Shown: positions 1-11,975, counted from the whole stretch's first letter. The stretch is DNA of 63,502 nt, filler included, from Octopus bimaculoides (GCF_001194135.2; 6 parts of 5 records of this genome joined end to end with filler, not necessarily neighbours in it), one strand, 5' to 3'. Notes: a model not told the origin generated them from the sequence alone. Numbers and translations: made by a program.

Positions 1-880
1 CTGAGATCGTCCTTCACTACTTATTTCAAGTTTTCCTGCATCTTTTTGTCTGAAAACTTTATTCAACTTTCAGTGATCTATACTTCTTTATACAGCTGTC
101 CTCATCCATACACATCACATGTCTATATTAGCACAATGTTCTTTCTTGCACACTAAGTCTGATTCTTTTATGCCTAGATTTTTCTTTCAAATCATTTGTA
201 TTATTTCATTTATGCTCAATTATATTACATCCAACAGAACATGCTTGTCTCACTTATTTCCAGTCTTCTAAAATTCTCTGCATTCATGGTTCATGCCTCA
301 TTACTATACATCATTACAGTTCTAACACAAGTGTCATACAACCTGTCCTTCACTCTAAGGAAAAATATCATTGTTGTCAGCTGTGGTAGTAGCTTCTTGT
401 ACTTTTTCCATCCCTTCTTATTCAGGTTATTACTATACTTTCGGAGCAACCACCTCCAATGTTAATTACGTCTCCTAGGTAACAAAAGCTATCAACCACT
501 TCCAGTGAGCCATCTGGGAACTGAAGAGAGTCCATTTCTAGAGCACTCGTAGTACATACTACTCCAGTACACCAATCACATTCAAAGCTCATGTTCTGTG
601 ATACTCTGCCTGTAATCCTGCTACATTTCTTTCATGCTCATAGCTTACATTGAGTATGGCATATGGAGTTCATTCCTTTTCTGTATATCCAACAAGGCCA
701 TTTCCTAGAAGGTAAGAGGGATTATCCTCTTTCTTACTTACTAAAACCTTTGTGTTTGCTAGGTTTACCTTGAGACCTCTTGATTCTAGGTCTACTCTGT
801 CACATGTGAATTGTGCTTGGATTGTCTTTGTAACCTTCATAGCCAGATATTTTAAGCATCTCTGCAACTATTCCTGATGG
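1..880 (-). mobile_element. Decayed RTE-clade LINE, C-terminal part of ORF2 (RT end, Cys/His finger, thumb)
   Basis: Minus-strand translations LESRGLKVNLANTKVLVS and FECDWCTG...SLEVVDSFCYLGD are paralogous to the RTE pieces at 1007-1349 and 6373-7000; many stops and frameshifts. Confidence 0.8.
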
Positions 881-1006
881 ACTCATGCCATCTCTTCCTC
901 TTCTTNNNNNNNNNNNNNNNNNNNNNNNNNNNNNNNNNNNNNNNNNNNNNNNNNNNNNNNNNNNNNNNNNNNNNNNNNNNNNNNNNNNNNNNNNNNNNNN
1001 NNNNNC

Positions 1007-1349
1007 AGGATGCCCCTGGGAACTCCTCTATGCTGATGACCTTGCACTAATTGCTAATTCACTATCAGAACTAGAGGAGACGTTTCAGGTGTGGAAGCAA
1101 GGACTAGAATTGAAGGGCCTTAGAGTCAACCTCACTAGAACCAAAGTCCTAATAAGTAGGAAGGTAGATAAAACACAAAACCCTTGAGGTAGATGGCCCT
1201 GCTCGATCTGTAGAAAAGGCGTAGGCAGAAACTCTATAAGATGCACCAAGTGCAAGCTTTGGACACATAAGAGGTGCAGCAATATCAAAGGAAGGTTAAC
1301 TAGGAAGTTAGTTAAGTATGTAACAGATGTTCAGGAACAATAAACACTG
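1007..1349 (+). mobile_element. RTE-clade LINE RT core fragment (YADD) followed by a PHD-like zinc finger
   Basis: GCPWELLYADDLALIA...GLRVNLTRTKVLIS, then WPCSICRKGVGRNSIRCTKCKLWTHKRCSNI...VCNRCSG (C4HC3 spacing, with a stop and a frameshift). Confidence 0.88.
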
Positions 1350-1994
1350 TGAATTCTATCTAGTATGTTCATACTTATTCTTCCGAGGTCTGATTTAGTA
1401 GGACAAATTAGTCTAATGGCAGGATTAATATTGAAATCTTGTTTATGATCTTTTAGATTAAAGTGTGGAGTGTTTGGAGTATATATTTCTGTGCGGTCTT
1501 CGATATCTAATTTTTGCATTGGAATGTTCATCACTTAGTATATCTAATTGTGATGGGTTAGTTATTTTATAAGATTTGCATAATTCATTGTGTATAAAAT
1601 CATTGTATTGGGTGGGAGTAATGGAATATAAATTCCCAGTTTTATCTGAGAAAACATGTATATTAGGTGATTTTTTAATATTTTTTGTTATCTTATTTAG
1701 AGTTGTTTGATATTTAGAATGAAATGATGAAAATTTTATGGATTTTATTAGTTCTAATATTTTGGTTTCGAAGTCAATTAACAGTGAGTTTTGTGGAGGG
1801 TTTTTATAGGATTTGAGTCCATAATTATTATTATTATTTTGGTATTTCCTATTTTCGTTGTTGTCGTAAAAGAATGCCTTCCATCTCATTCTTTTGATTA
1901 GGTCATTTGTTTTCTGTAGTAATAATAATAGGTAAGTGTCATTAGATGGAATTGGTATATCTTTCAGTGAAATCCCTAAATATTGTTTTTCCAT
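1350..1994 (-). pseudogene. Penelope-like element (PLE) ORF, N-terminal region to start of RT, frameshifted
   Basis: SLKDIPIPS...LIKRMRWKAFFY...YGLKSYKNPP...FSDKTGNLY, then in another frame LKDHKQDFNINPAIRLICPTKSDLGRISMNILDRI, a motif series I recognise from invertebrate PLE RTs. Confidence 0.8.
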
Positions 1995-2329
1995 GTTGAA
2001 TAAGTCCAGTATTAAGTGCTCGTTATATATGGAGCCGAGTATAACTATTATAGGGAATATTCTAAAAGAATATGTAACTGAACTTATATTGAGTGCTCTA
2101 TTATTTTGAGCAAATAAATATATATATATATATATGTGTGTGTGTGTTTTTATATTATTAATAAATTCATAAAATTATCAATAATATTCTGAGGAAATCA
2201 ATATTTAATATTTCGAAAGATATATATCCAATATGACATGGTAATATAATAAATTTAAAATTTAAAATATACGAAATATAAATATAAAAATATATATAAA
2301 TATGAATGTAGATTAGATAAATACCAAAA

Positions 2330-3347
2330 ATTACCTAAGTGGAGCTCAAATAGACAAATTATATGGTTTACACCTCCATTTTCCTTAAAAGTCAAAGGCT
2401 TAGCAAAAAAATTTCTTAATATAATTAAAAAATGTTTCTCCACAGAACACAAGTATCACCACATATTCAATAGATCATTTTTTTTTCTACGACACCAAAC
2501 ATAGGATCTGTTATTGCCAGTTCAAATAGACGAAAAATTCATACATATAAAAAAACCCACCATAATAACAATAATGTTAATAATAGCAATAATAATGACA
2601 TCGTAAATAGAAGTGCAAATAAATATAAGAATATAAATACGCAAACCCCTAATAATAATATTGATATAATACGACCGCAAAAACATAATAAATACCATAT
2701 AACTGAAAAAAGACAAAATATATCAATAAACCCAACAATACAACCTAATATAAATAAAAACAATTCACAAATATTGAATACACATAACTCCAGAATAATA
2801 GACACTACAACAAATTCTATAAATAATACTTTATATACCACTAATAATAATATGGATAATAATAACCATTCACCACAACAGAGATATAAAAATAATAATA
2901 ATTGCTCATGTAAAAATTAAAAAAATATGTCCTTTACAAGGCAATTGTAAAAGATTGAATATAATATATAAATGCATAGTCACAATAACTAATAACTCAC
3001 ATAAAATGGTATACATAGGGAGCTCTATTAATTTTAAACAAAGATATCTGGCACATATACATTCCTTTAAACCAAATACAAATAACAATACAACCTCATT
3101 AGCTACATATATACAAAAACTTAATAAAAATAAAATTAATTATAAACTAGACTGGTCAATAATAGATTCTGCCACACCATACACACATAAATCAAATACT
3201 TGCCATTTATGCACATTAGAATCACTGAATATATTACTATATAAACTAGATAATTTAATAAATAATAGATTAGACGCGATAACATCATGTAAACACAGGT
3301 ATTATAAAACCTTCAATTATAATAAATCCCAAAATAAGGTAAAATAA
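2330..3347 (+). pseudogene. PLE ORF C-terminal part: thumb/linker, Cys motif and GIY-YIG endonuclease
   Basis: RQIIWFTPPFSLKVK...HHIFNRS (about 2350-2475); CSC...CPLQGNC (about 2905-2950); IIYKC...VYIGS...FKQRYLAHIHSF...LDWSII...CHLCTLE (ORF 2955-3347). Confidence 0.85.
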
Positions 3348-4022
3348 AAAACACATGTGTGTATTTATATGAACATATCTATCGATTATATAAAAAGTGC
3401 ACATATGTGGGTGTATGTGCCTATGTATATATACATATATATATATGTGTGAATATTGGATATATATGCATGTTAAACGTAGATACTTAATAAGGGAATT
3501 CTAATGATAGCAATCTATAATACCTTCATAAAAATATTAATTAATTAAAATTAAAAATAAATGCTTAGGAATTTGATCTTAGATTCTAGTATATTACTTC
3601 ACGGAGGAAAAAAAAAAATTATACTATATTAAAATTGAATTTGAAATGGAATCTTCTGACAAAAACTCTTTATATACAATATTCTCAAGTCTAGCTAAAT
3701 TTAATGATGAAATATTTGCAGTGGATGAACTTTTAAACATTGATCGGATACATAGGACTACCAACATATCCAACAACAAGATGAATTTTACCGAAGTCTT
3801 ATATACATTCAAAAAAATATACCAATTTTTATTTAAAAATATATATCACTTAAAATTTCAACATCATCATCATCATCATCATCATCATCGTTTAATGTCC
3901 GCTTTTACAGGAGGATTAATTTTACAATTTATTTAAAGGACAGTATACACTTTAATATTTTTAATTTTTTAATATTTTTAATATTTTTTAATTAATATTA
4001 CATATACCATTAGTTCTTAATT

Positions 4023-4110
4023 CATCTCCAAAGAGCGGAATTACTGATAGTATGCTGATCTTTTGATCACATTGTGATTATATTAATATCCGCGAAACGA
4101 TCGTCAGATG
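4023..4110 (+). ncRNA. Degenerate minimal type-I hammerhead ribozyme motif (PLE pseudo-LTR)
   Basis: Stem I CATCT/AGATG; core CCAAAGA (mutated CUGANGA); stem II GCGGA/TCCGC; GAAA; stem III C-GATC-G; GUC site at 4103-4105; lies about 700 bp 3' of the GIY-YIG ORF. Confidence 0.6.
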
Positions 4111-4911
4111 TTTAATTTTTTTAATTTTAGTTTTTTTTAATATTTTAGACTTTATAATATTCATGCTTAATTACGCATTTATATTCACATGAATCTTTAT
4201 CTACATTCATGTTTTTATATATATCTATATTTATATTTATATTTCGTATATTTTNNNNNNNNNNNNNNNNNNNNNNNNNNNNNNNNNNNNNNNNNNNNNN
4301 NNNNNNNNNNNNNNNNNNNNNNNNNNNNNNNNNNNNNNNNNNNNNNNNNNNNNNNNNNNNNNNNNNNNNNNNNNNNNNNNNNNNNNNNNNNNNNNNNNNN
4401 NNNNNNNNNNNNNNNNNNNNNNNNNNNNNNNNNNNNNNNNNNNNNNNNNNNNNNNNNNNNNNNNNNNNNNNNNNNNNNNNNNNNNNNNNNNNNNNNNNNN
4501 NNNNNNNNNNNNNNNNNNNNNNNNNNNNNNNNNNNNNNNNNNNNNNNNNNNNNNNNNNNNNNNNNNNNNNNNNNNNNNNNNNNNNNNNNNNNNNNNNNNN
4601 NNNNNNNNNNNNNNNNNNNNNNNNNNNNNNNNNNNNNNNNNNNNNNNNNNNNNNNNNNNNNNNNNNNNNNNNNNNNNNNNNNNNNNNNNNNNNNNNNNNN
4701 NNNNNNNNNNNNNNNNNNNNNNNNNNNNNNNNNNNNNNCTGATTTGGATGGATTAAAATCAGAGGGTTACTTTAGTGAATTGGTATCATGACTGTCTTGC
4801 GGGTGGCTTTCTGCCTTGTTAACAGTATTTAGTATTTATAGCTGGATTGGTATTCAAGATACATCTCATATAGAAGACTTACATATTTCTTGATGTTTCC
4901 TCATTTTATAT

Positions 4912-4964
<53 letters not shown>

Positions 4965-4967
<3 letters not shown>

Positions 4968-7740
4968 CTGCATCCAAGAAGTAAGGTGGAGAGGAGATTC
5001 CGCTAGGTTCCTCACAGGCAAAGAACACAGGTACAAGATTTTCTGGGCAGGGAACACTGACGGGGTCAGGTGCATGGGAATACTTCTTGCAGAGAAATGG
5101 GTTGATAAGGTAATCGAGGTTGTCAGCGTATGTGATAGAGTACTTAAGATTAAACTAGTGCTTCACCATAGGTTCGCTACCGTCATCTCGGCCTATGCCC
5201 CTCAACTGGGGCTACCGGATGGGCAGAAAGACCAATTCTATGACACCCTCTTGCAAACTACCTCATTGACAAATGACAGGAACCTTCTCTTTGTGGCTGG
5301 TGATTTCAATGGTCATGTTGGACAACATGCAGGGGACTTCCATGGCATACATGGAGGCTATGGCTTTGGTTCCCGCAATGATGAGGGAACCAGACTGATG
5401 GAGTTCTGTGATGCAATCGATCTTATGGTTTGCAATACCAACTTCAGGAAACCTGCCTGTCACCTAGTCACCTATCATTCCGGCAGGCACACTAGCCAAA
5501 TTGACTACATCCTCGCCAGAAATAGGGAAAGAGGACAGCTTATAAATGCCAAAACCTTCCCTGGCATAGAATGTACTCCTCAACACAGATTAGTAGTTAG
5601 CGATTTCGGGATCAAGGCTAAATGGATGCCCAGAAGTAGACCAGCTTGGAGGAGAAGGGTTTTGAAGCTGAAAGATCCTGAAAATGGACAGAGATTTAGA
5701 AATGTCTTACTTGAAGCATTTGACGAAATAGAAGGGGATATAGCATCACACAACGTGGAAGACAATTGGAGGTTTCTATGGGACAACCTGCAGAGAGCCA
5801 CCGACCAGATCTGTGGCTGGTGCAAAGTCCAATCACGACCCAAAGTAACATTGTGGTGGAACAATGTGGTTGACAGGGCTATTAGATAAAAGAAACAGGC
5901 TTGGAACGACTGGAAAAACAGAGGTAGCAGGGAATTGTATCAGACTGCCAGAAGGGAAGCTAGGAGACAGGTTTACTTAGCTAGAGGGGAAGCAGATAAG
6001 AAAAAATTTGTCAATGTTCTGTGCCATGAGGACCAAAGACTTGAAGTATTTCGTGTTGCAAGACAGTGTGTGTGAGACAATCGTGATGTCGTAGGAGAGA
6101 AATGTGTCTGCTTGAATGATGGTCCACTTGCACTAAACTAGGCTGCAAAGAGAGAGGTTTGGAGACACCACTATGAAAGGCTGCTTAACAAAGAGAATGA
6201 ATAAGAGGAAGAGAGTCTGCTGCATGTCGACCCAACAGAGGGACCAGCTATCATAATTGACAGTACCTTGGTAGATAAAGTGATCAAGAGCATGAAGACA
6301 GGGAAAGGCCCCGGCCCATCAGGAATCACTGCAGAGATGCTCAAAACAATCTGGCAGTGTTGGCTATAGTGTTGAAAATGTGCAGAAAACAACCTTTGCC
6401 ACAATCCAGGGGGAAAAACTAGTAGTAGTTGATAGCTTCCACTACCTATCTGACCAAGTTTGTAGCGGGGGAGGGTGCACTGAAAGCGTAGCTACTAGAA
6501 TAAGAATAGCCTGGGCAAAGTTTAGAGAGCTCTTACCTCTGCTGGTGACAAAGGGCCTCTCACTCAGAGTATAAGGCAGACTGTATGACGCATGTGTATG
6601 AACAGCCATGCTACATGGCAGTGAAACATGGGCCGTGACTGCTGAGGACATGTGTAAGCTCGCAAGAAATGAAGCCAGTATGCTCCGATGGATGTGTAAT
6701 GTCAGTGTGCATACTTGACAGAGTGTAAGTATCTTGAGAGAAAAGTTAAACCTCAGAAGCATCAGTTGTGGTGTGCAAGAGAGACGATTGCGGTGGTATG
6801 GACATGTGGCAAGAATGGATGAGGATAGCTGTGTGAAAAAGTGCCACACTCTAGCAGTTGAGGGAACCTGTGGAAGAGGTAGACCCAGGAAGACCTGGGA
6901 TGAGGTGGTGAAGCACAACCTTTGAACTTTAGGCCTCACCGAGGCAATGACCAGTGACTGGGACCTTTGGAAATATGCAGTATGTGAGAAGACCCGGCAA
7001 GGCAAGTGAGAGCATAATCTGTGACCTCTGCCAGAAGTGCAGCTAGCTCACTTATTCATAACTTTACTTCATTGGACACTAAAAACTCTGCTTGCAAAGA
7101 CCTGTTGAGGCAAGTGAACTTTCAATTTGAAATTTGAAGTCTGAAATCTGAAATCGAAATCGAACTGAATCCGACGACTGGTACCCATGCCAACCTCTCC
7201 TTCATTGGACACTAAACTCTACTTGTGAAAACCTGTTGGGGCAAGTGAAATCGAAATCGTAATTGAACCGTGCTCGATGACTGGCACCTGCGCCTGTGGA
7301 GCACTAACAGCACTGACCAAGCGTGTTCATTGCCAGAGCAGATGTCTGGCTTCCATGCTTGTAGCCTGTAAATAGCACCATTTGAGCGGAATCATTACCA
7401 GCGTCACCTTCTAGCACTTGTGCTGGTGGCACGTTAGAAAATCATTCGAGCGAAGTCGTTGCCAGTGCCACTGGACTGGCTTCCGTGCAGGTGGCACATA
7501 AAAAACACATTTTTGAGCGTGGCTGTTGCCAGTACTGTGTGACTGGCCCTCGTGCCGGTGGCACGTAAAAGCACCTGCTACACTCTCGGCGTGGTTGGCA
7601 TTAGGAAGGGCATCCAGCTGTGGAAACTCTGCCAGATCAGATTGGAGCCTGGTGCAGCCTGCTGGCTTGCCTGTCCTCAGTCAAATTGTCCAACCCATGC
7701 TAGCATGGAAAGCAGACGTTAAATGACGATGATGATGATA
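4965..7740 (+). mobile_element. RTE-clade LINE: APE endonuclease, RT N-terminus, RT core absent at about 6370, thumb/C-terminus, long 3' UTR ending in (GAT)n
   Basis: CIQEVRW; ISAYAPQ; VAGDFNGHVG; SQIDYIL; QHRLVV (ORF 5074-5889); GKGPGPSGITAEML; VVDSFHYL...RIRIAWAKFRELLPLL; RRLRWYGHVARM...GRGRPRKTW; (GAT)n tail at about 7725-7750. Confidence 0.92.
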
Positions 7741-7812
7741 ATGATGATGATATATATAAATATAAATANNNNNNNNNNNNNNNNNNNNNNNNNNNNNNNN
7801 NNNNNNNNNNNN

Positions 7813-7824
7813 TTAATTAATTAA
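7813..7824. other. Assembly spacer TTAATTAATTAA inside a 100-bp N gap (also 23450-23461, 32799-32810, 46703-46714, 61732-61743)
   Basis: Identical 12-mer, stops in all six frames, centred in N gaps (44 N + 12 + 44 N counted at the first site) at five sites. Confidence 0.95.
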
Positions 7825-8080
7825 NNNNNNNNNNNNNNNNNNNNNNNNNNNNNNNNNNNNNNNNNNNNATATATAATAAATCTCTGCGCGGTATGTATCA
7901 CGTCAGATTGAAGATAGGAAGGATGACTTCCCTTTGCAAATACTGATAGGGCACAGATAGTGTGTCAATAGCCAGCTGGAGCAGATGTCTTCCTGGGGCT
8001 ACAAGCTACAGTAGCATCGATCCTTAAGGATTAGCCACATTTAAGTGGCAAATATACTTCACGATATATATATATATGCG

Positions 8081-8194
8081 CGCGCAGGAGTTGTTCTGTG
8101 GTAAGTAGCTTGCTTACCAGCCATGTGATTCTAGGTTCAATCACACTGCGTGGCATCTTAGGAAAGTGTCTTCTCCTACAGCCTCGGGCCGACC
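8081..8194 (+). mobile_element. tRNA-derived SINE family A, head portion
   Basis: GCGCAGGAGT..GTGTGGTAAGTAGCTTGCTTACCAGCCA..GGTTCAATC..AGCCTCGGGCCGACCAA, homologous to 10660-10812 and 20716-20882. Confidence 0.75.
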
Positions 8195-8229
8195 AATATA
8201 ATATAACATGAAAACGTTTATATATATAT

Positions 8230-9370
8230 ATATACAGAGAGTATAATTCTGGTAAAAATCTGATAACATACTCTTATGCCGTTATTTGGCTACCCATGTT
8301 ATCCTACAGGAAGGTAGATTCCAGGAATGGTGGATGCATGCGCACGCGCAAGGTGCATTCTAGATTCTAGAATCTTTCAAAGCTCTAAACTCCTTCAAAG
8401 TGGGATCCCCTGATTTCAATGCATTTATTGTCGTGCTCTAGCCCCCCTCTTGGATGTCCAGCTACCTTATGAAGGTCCAGCCACTTCATGCAGGTCCAGC
8501 CACCTCATGACGTTTTAAAATGGCTACACAAGTGTTAAGCGCGAAGAGGGAACCGGGCATCCATCAACCTCCACCACTAACGTAAAGATTCAACAAGGTC
8601 GAGAGGTGGTTCTGGTGAACCGACGAGTGATCATCGATGTGATGGCATGTTGTCTACAAATTATTCATGGTCCTGCATATAAGATCGTCCATGACATGCT
8701 TCGCTTTCATAGAGTCTGTGCGAGATGGGTGCCTAAGTACGTTAGCACAATCATGTGGAGGTCTGTCAACGCTTATTCGACTACTACAACAATGATAGCG
8801 AAGCTTTTTGGGAGGAGAATAGTCACATAAGATGAGACCTGGGTTCATAATTTTGAGCCAGAATCCAAAAAGCAGAGTATGGAGTAGAAACACTGGGAAT
8901 CACCATTGAGAAAGAAATCCAGACCCCAACCTTCCGCATAAAAGTGATGCTAACCATTTTTGGAGACGCAAAAAGCCTTATACTGGAAGATTACCTGGAA
9001 AAGGAGTCTGCAGTCATCTATATAGGATATAGTGACATGGTAGCCATCTGAAACCAACAATTCTCACAAAACACTGAGGTCTATTTTCAAATCAAATGTT
9101 ATTGTTTAACAAGAATGCAAGCTAATATACGGGCGACCACGCCGTTGAAACCATTGAAAAATTGTGTCTGGAGTTGCTGGAACAGACTGCATACACTTCA
9201 GATTTCGACCCTTCTGACTATCACTCCTTTGCACCACTCAAAGGGACGAAGAAACGCTGGAAGCGGTGCCTGAATGGCTGCGTGACCAGCTGAAGAAGCT
9301 ATTTCTCTGATAGAATAAGTAAGCTCGAGGGCCGCCGGAAGAAGTGCAGCGTAAAGCAAGGAGACTATTC
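8230..9370 (+). mobile_element. Decayed mariner (DD34D-type) DNA transposon
   Basis: RVCARWVPK; RIVT*DETWVHNFEPESKKQSME; KVMLTIFGD; YTSDFDPSDYHSFAPLK (YSPDLAPSDY-like); numerous stops; 3' end abuts a SINE. Confidence 0.85.
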
Positions 9371-9562
9371 TTTATGCTTATTTACTTATTTCAGTCATTA
9401 GATTGCGGCTATGCTGGGGCTCCACCTTGAAGAATTTTCAGTCGAATGAATCAATCGCAGTACTTATTTTTTTTTTTTTTTTTAAGCCTGATACTTATTT
9501 TATCGGTCTATTTTGCCGAACTGCTGGTTGTAAGGACGTAACCACACCAGCACCGGTTGTCA
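9370..9562 (-). mobile_element. SINE family A 3' tail segment
   Basis: Reverse complement of the tail at 10850-11030 (CTTGACAACCGGTGCTGGTG...CAGTTCGGCAAAA...CCCCAGCATAGCCGCA). Confidence 0.7.
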
Positions 9563-9984
9563 AGCGATGGTGAGTGCAACCCCAACCCCCCAGTATACTG
9601 CTTAGTATACCCTTATCTATTTATCTCCCAATCTTTCTTATACCAGAATGTTTTATTTTTTCCTCCCCGCTCTCCCTGGACTGAATACCTCCCCCCACCA
9701 CCTCGATATACTCAACAATATATATCTAATACAATGCTCTTATCTATCTATCTTTTCTCTCACCACAATGTATTATTCATTCCTCCTCTCAGTATTCGCA
9801 TAACCATTCTTTCCTTCCTTCCTTCCTTCTACCATGCTGTACTTTTTAACCATCCTTTCTGGTGACTGATTTACCCCGACCTAACTGGATTTATCCGATC
9901 TAACTGGATTTAATTGCACCCTCCCACCCCCAGGACATAATGAGCCACAACGCTGATGAAGAACTTCTATTGTCTAACCTATCA

Positions 9985-10075
9985 TCTCTCCGATGACCGG
10001 AATACCCAACTTACACGGGCATTCCTCGATACGATGCTCCAGTAGCTGGTATATTTCAGAAACAGCTGTCAGAGA
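9985..10075 (+). ncRNA. Minimal type-I hammerhead ribozyme motif with U4C core change
   Basis: Stem I TCTCT/AGAGA; core CCGATGA; imperfect stem II (GGAATACC/GGTATATTT); GAAA; stem III C-AGCT-G; GUC site 10068-10070; preceded by a pyrimidine-rich tract. Confidence 0.6.
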
Positions 10076-10296
10076 CTATTTTCTTTACTATTCGTTATGT
10101 AGCTAAATTTAGATTGAATTAAATGNNNNNNNNNNNNNNNNNNNNNNNNNNNNNNNNNNNNNNNNNNNNNNNNNNNNNNNNNNNNNNNNNNNNNNNNNNN
10201 NNNNNNNNNNNNNNNNNNNNNNNNNNNNNNNNNNNNNNNNNNNNNNNNNNNNNNNNNNNNNNNNNNNNNNNNNNNNNNNNNNNNNNNNNNNNNNNN

Positions 10297-10605
10297 ATTA
10301 GTGGTTAGTGCATTCGGCTTATGATCGTAAGGTCGTGAGTTCAATTCCCGGCGACACATTGTGCCCTTGAGCAAGATATTTTATTTCACGTTGCTCCAGT
10401 CCACTCAGCTGGCAAAAATGAGTAGTGTCTGTATTTCAAAGGGCTAGCCTTGTCACACTCTGTGTCATGCTGAATCTCCCCGAGAGCTACGTTAAGGGTA
10501 CACGTGTCTGTGGAGTGCTCAGCCACTTGCACGTTAATTTCACGAGCAAGCAGTTCCGTTGACCGTATCAGCTGGGACCCTCGTCGTCGTCATCGACTCA
10601 GTGCT
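10297..10605 (+). mobile_element. tRNA-derived SINE family C
   Basis: A-box-like GTGGTTAG, B-box-like GAGTTCAATTCC, then CCTTGAGCAAG and GCTGAATCTCCCCGAGA...CACGTGTCTGTGGAGT; homologous copies at 21465-21790 (+) and 33843-34070 (-). Confidence 0.8.
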
Positions 10606-10659
10606 CCTTTATATATATATATATATATATAATATTGGTGTTAAACAATAGCAATCATA

Positions 10660-10807
10660 GCTGTGTGGTATGATGTTTGCTTCCCAACCACATGGTTCCG
10701 GGTTCAGTTCCAATGCGTAGCACATTGGGCAAGTGTCATCTGCTATAGCCTCGGGCCAACCAAATCGTTGTGAGTAGATTTGGTAGGCGAAAACTGAAAG
10801 AAGCTCG

Positions 10808-10854
<47 letters not shown>

Positions 10855-11030
10855 TCCCCCACCACTGCTTGACAGTTTGTGTTGGTTTTTAAGTCTCTGC
10901 AACTTAGCAGTTCGGCAAAAGAGAGCAGCAGAATAAGTTACAGGCTTTAGAAAATAGGTACTGTGGTCGATTCGTTCGATTAAAACCCTTCAGGGCGATG
11001 CCCCAGCATGGCCGAAGTCCAATTAAACAA
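10660..11030 (+). mobile_element. Near full-length SINE family A: tRNA-like head, internal (GT)n, conserved tail
   Basis: GCTGTGTGGTATGATGTTTGCTTCCCAACCACATGGTTCCGGGTTCAGTTCC head; (GT)n at about 10810-10850; tail to AAACAAATAAAA; same layout at 50850-51180 (-). Confidence 0.8.
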
Positions 11031-11459
11031 ATAAAAAATGCGCACTAAGTGAAAGATACGCCTGTACATGGTCACTCGATCTCCTAGAAATAACAACTGC
11101 ATCTTTTTCGAAAGACACAATCATCTGAAAGTAAAGTTGGGTAGGGGGGTGTACATTGAAGAGAGTAGTGCCTGGTGTATGATAATAGATCTAGTCGACA
11201 AGGCCTGAGCTGGTTCTAAACAATAACTACTACCACGACAATAACAGCAGCAGCAGCAGCAACCGCAGTAGCAGCAACAATGACAACAACAACAAAAACA
11301 ACGTATTTACGTCCGGGCGAGGTGCGTCTCAGTGCTTGACTTTAGACTTGACTATTGAGTTTTCGATCGACGAAATGGTCGTCTTTTATCAGCTCAACAA
11401 CTCTGATCCGAAGCTTTTATTAGCTGTATATAAAAAATCTTAGTGCTGGATAAGAGCGA

Positions 11460-11975
11460 TGACGTTCTCGGAGAAACTCTAAGCGTTGACGAAGATGGAT
11501 TAGTTGGTCTATTACGGAGGATTTTCTGGCCTAATACGACCATGGATAACTCCCAGAAATCCATGGCCTGGAAGTGCCCATGGATTCCAGTTCGGGATAA
11601 ACTCTACAGGCGCGGAAGCGGTGCTAGGCAGGGTTCTTCGAATGCATGCAGAGTGACGAAACCGTTCTGCATGCAGCTGTGCAATGTCCAAGCATTGCTG
11701 ACGTATGAAGTTAATGCCGAATAGCTGTTATCGCGTGTGGGATGAATCCGACCATCGACCGAGTCCATCGTGGGCATCGTCCCACCATCTACTTTTAACA
11801 AGGCAGCACAGGCGGTGTTTCTCTGTCTAGTGGCTATGGCGAAAGTGGTTGCGTGGTAGACGAGGTTGAAAGGATTGAGGACAGACGCCTTCCTCTTCGG
11901 TCAAGCTCATATCGACCTTTTTTTTAAAGTCCCACTTGGAAAGGAAAGTGAGGGTGAAAAGGGAAGCGCTACTTA
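11460..11975 (+). mobile_element. Decayed L1/Tx1-like LINE ORF2 C-terminus with CCHC zinc knuckle
   Basis: SMAWKC...PVRDKLYRRG, then CMQSDETVLHAAVQCPSIADV* ... AVFLCLVAMAKVVAW*TRLK (zf-RVT-like); stops and frameshifts. Confidence 0.6.

Noticed and set aside
3646-3936. 96-aa ORF ending in poly-His
   Set aside because: The His run is a (CAT)n repeat and the rest has no recognisable motif; it lies within the AT-rich 3' region of the PLE
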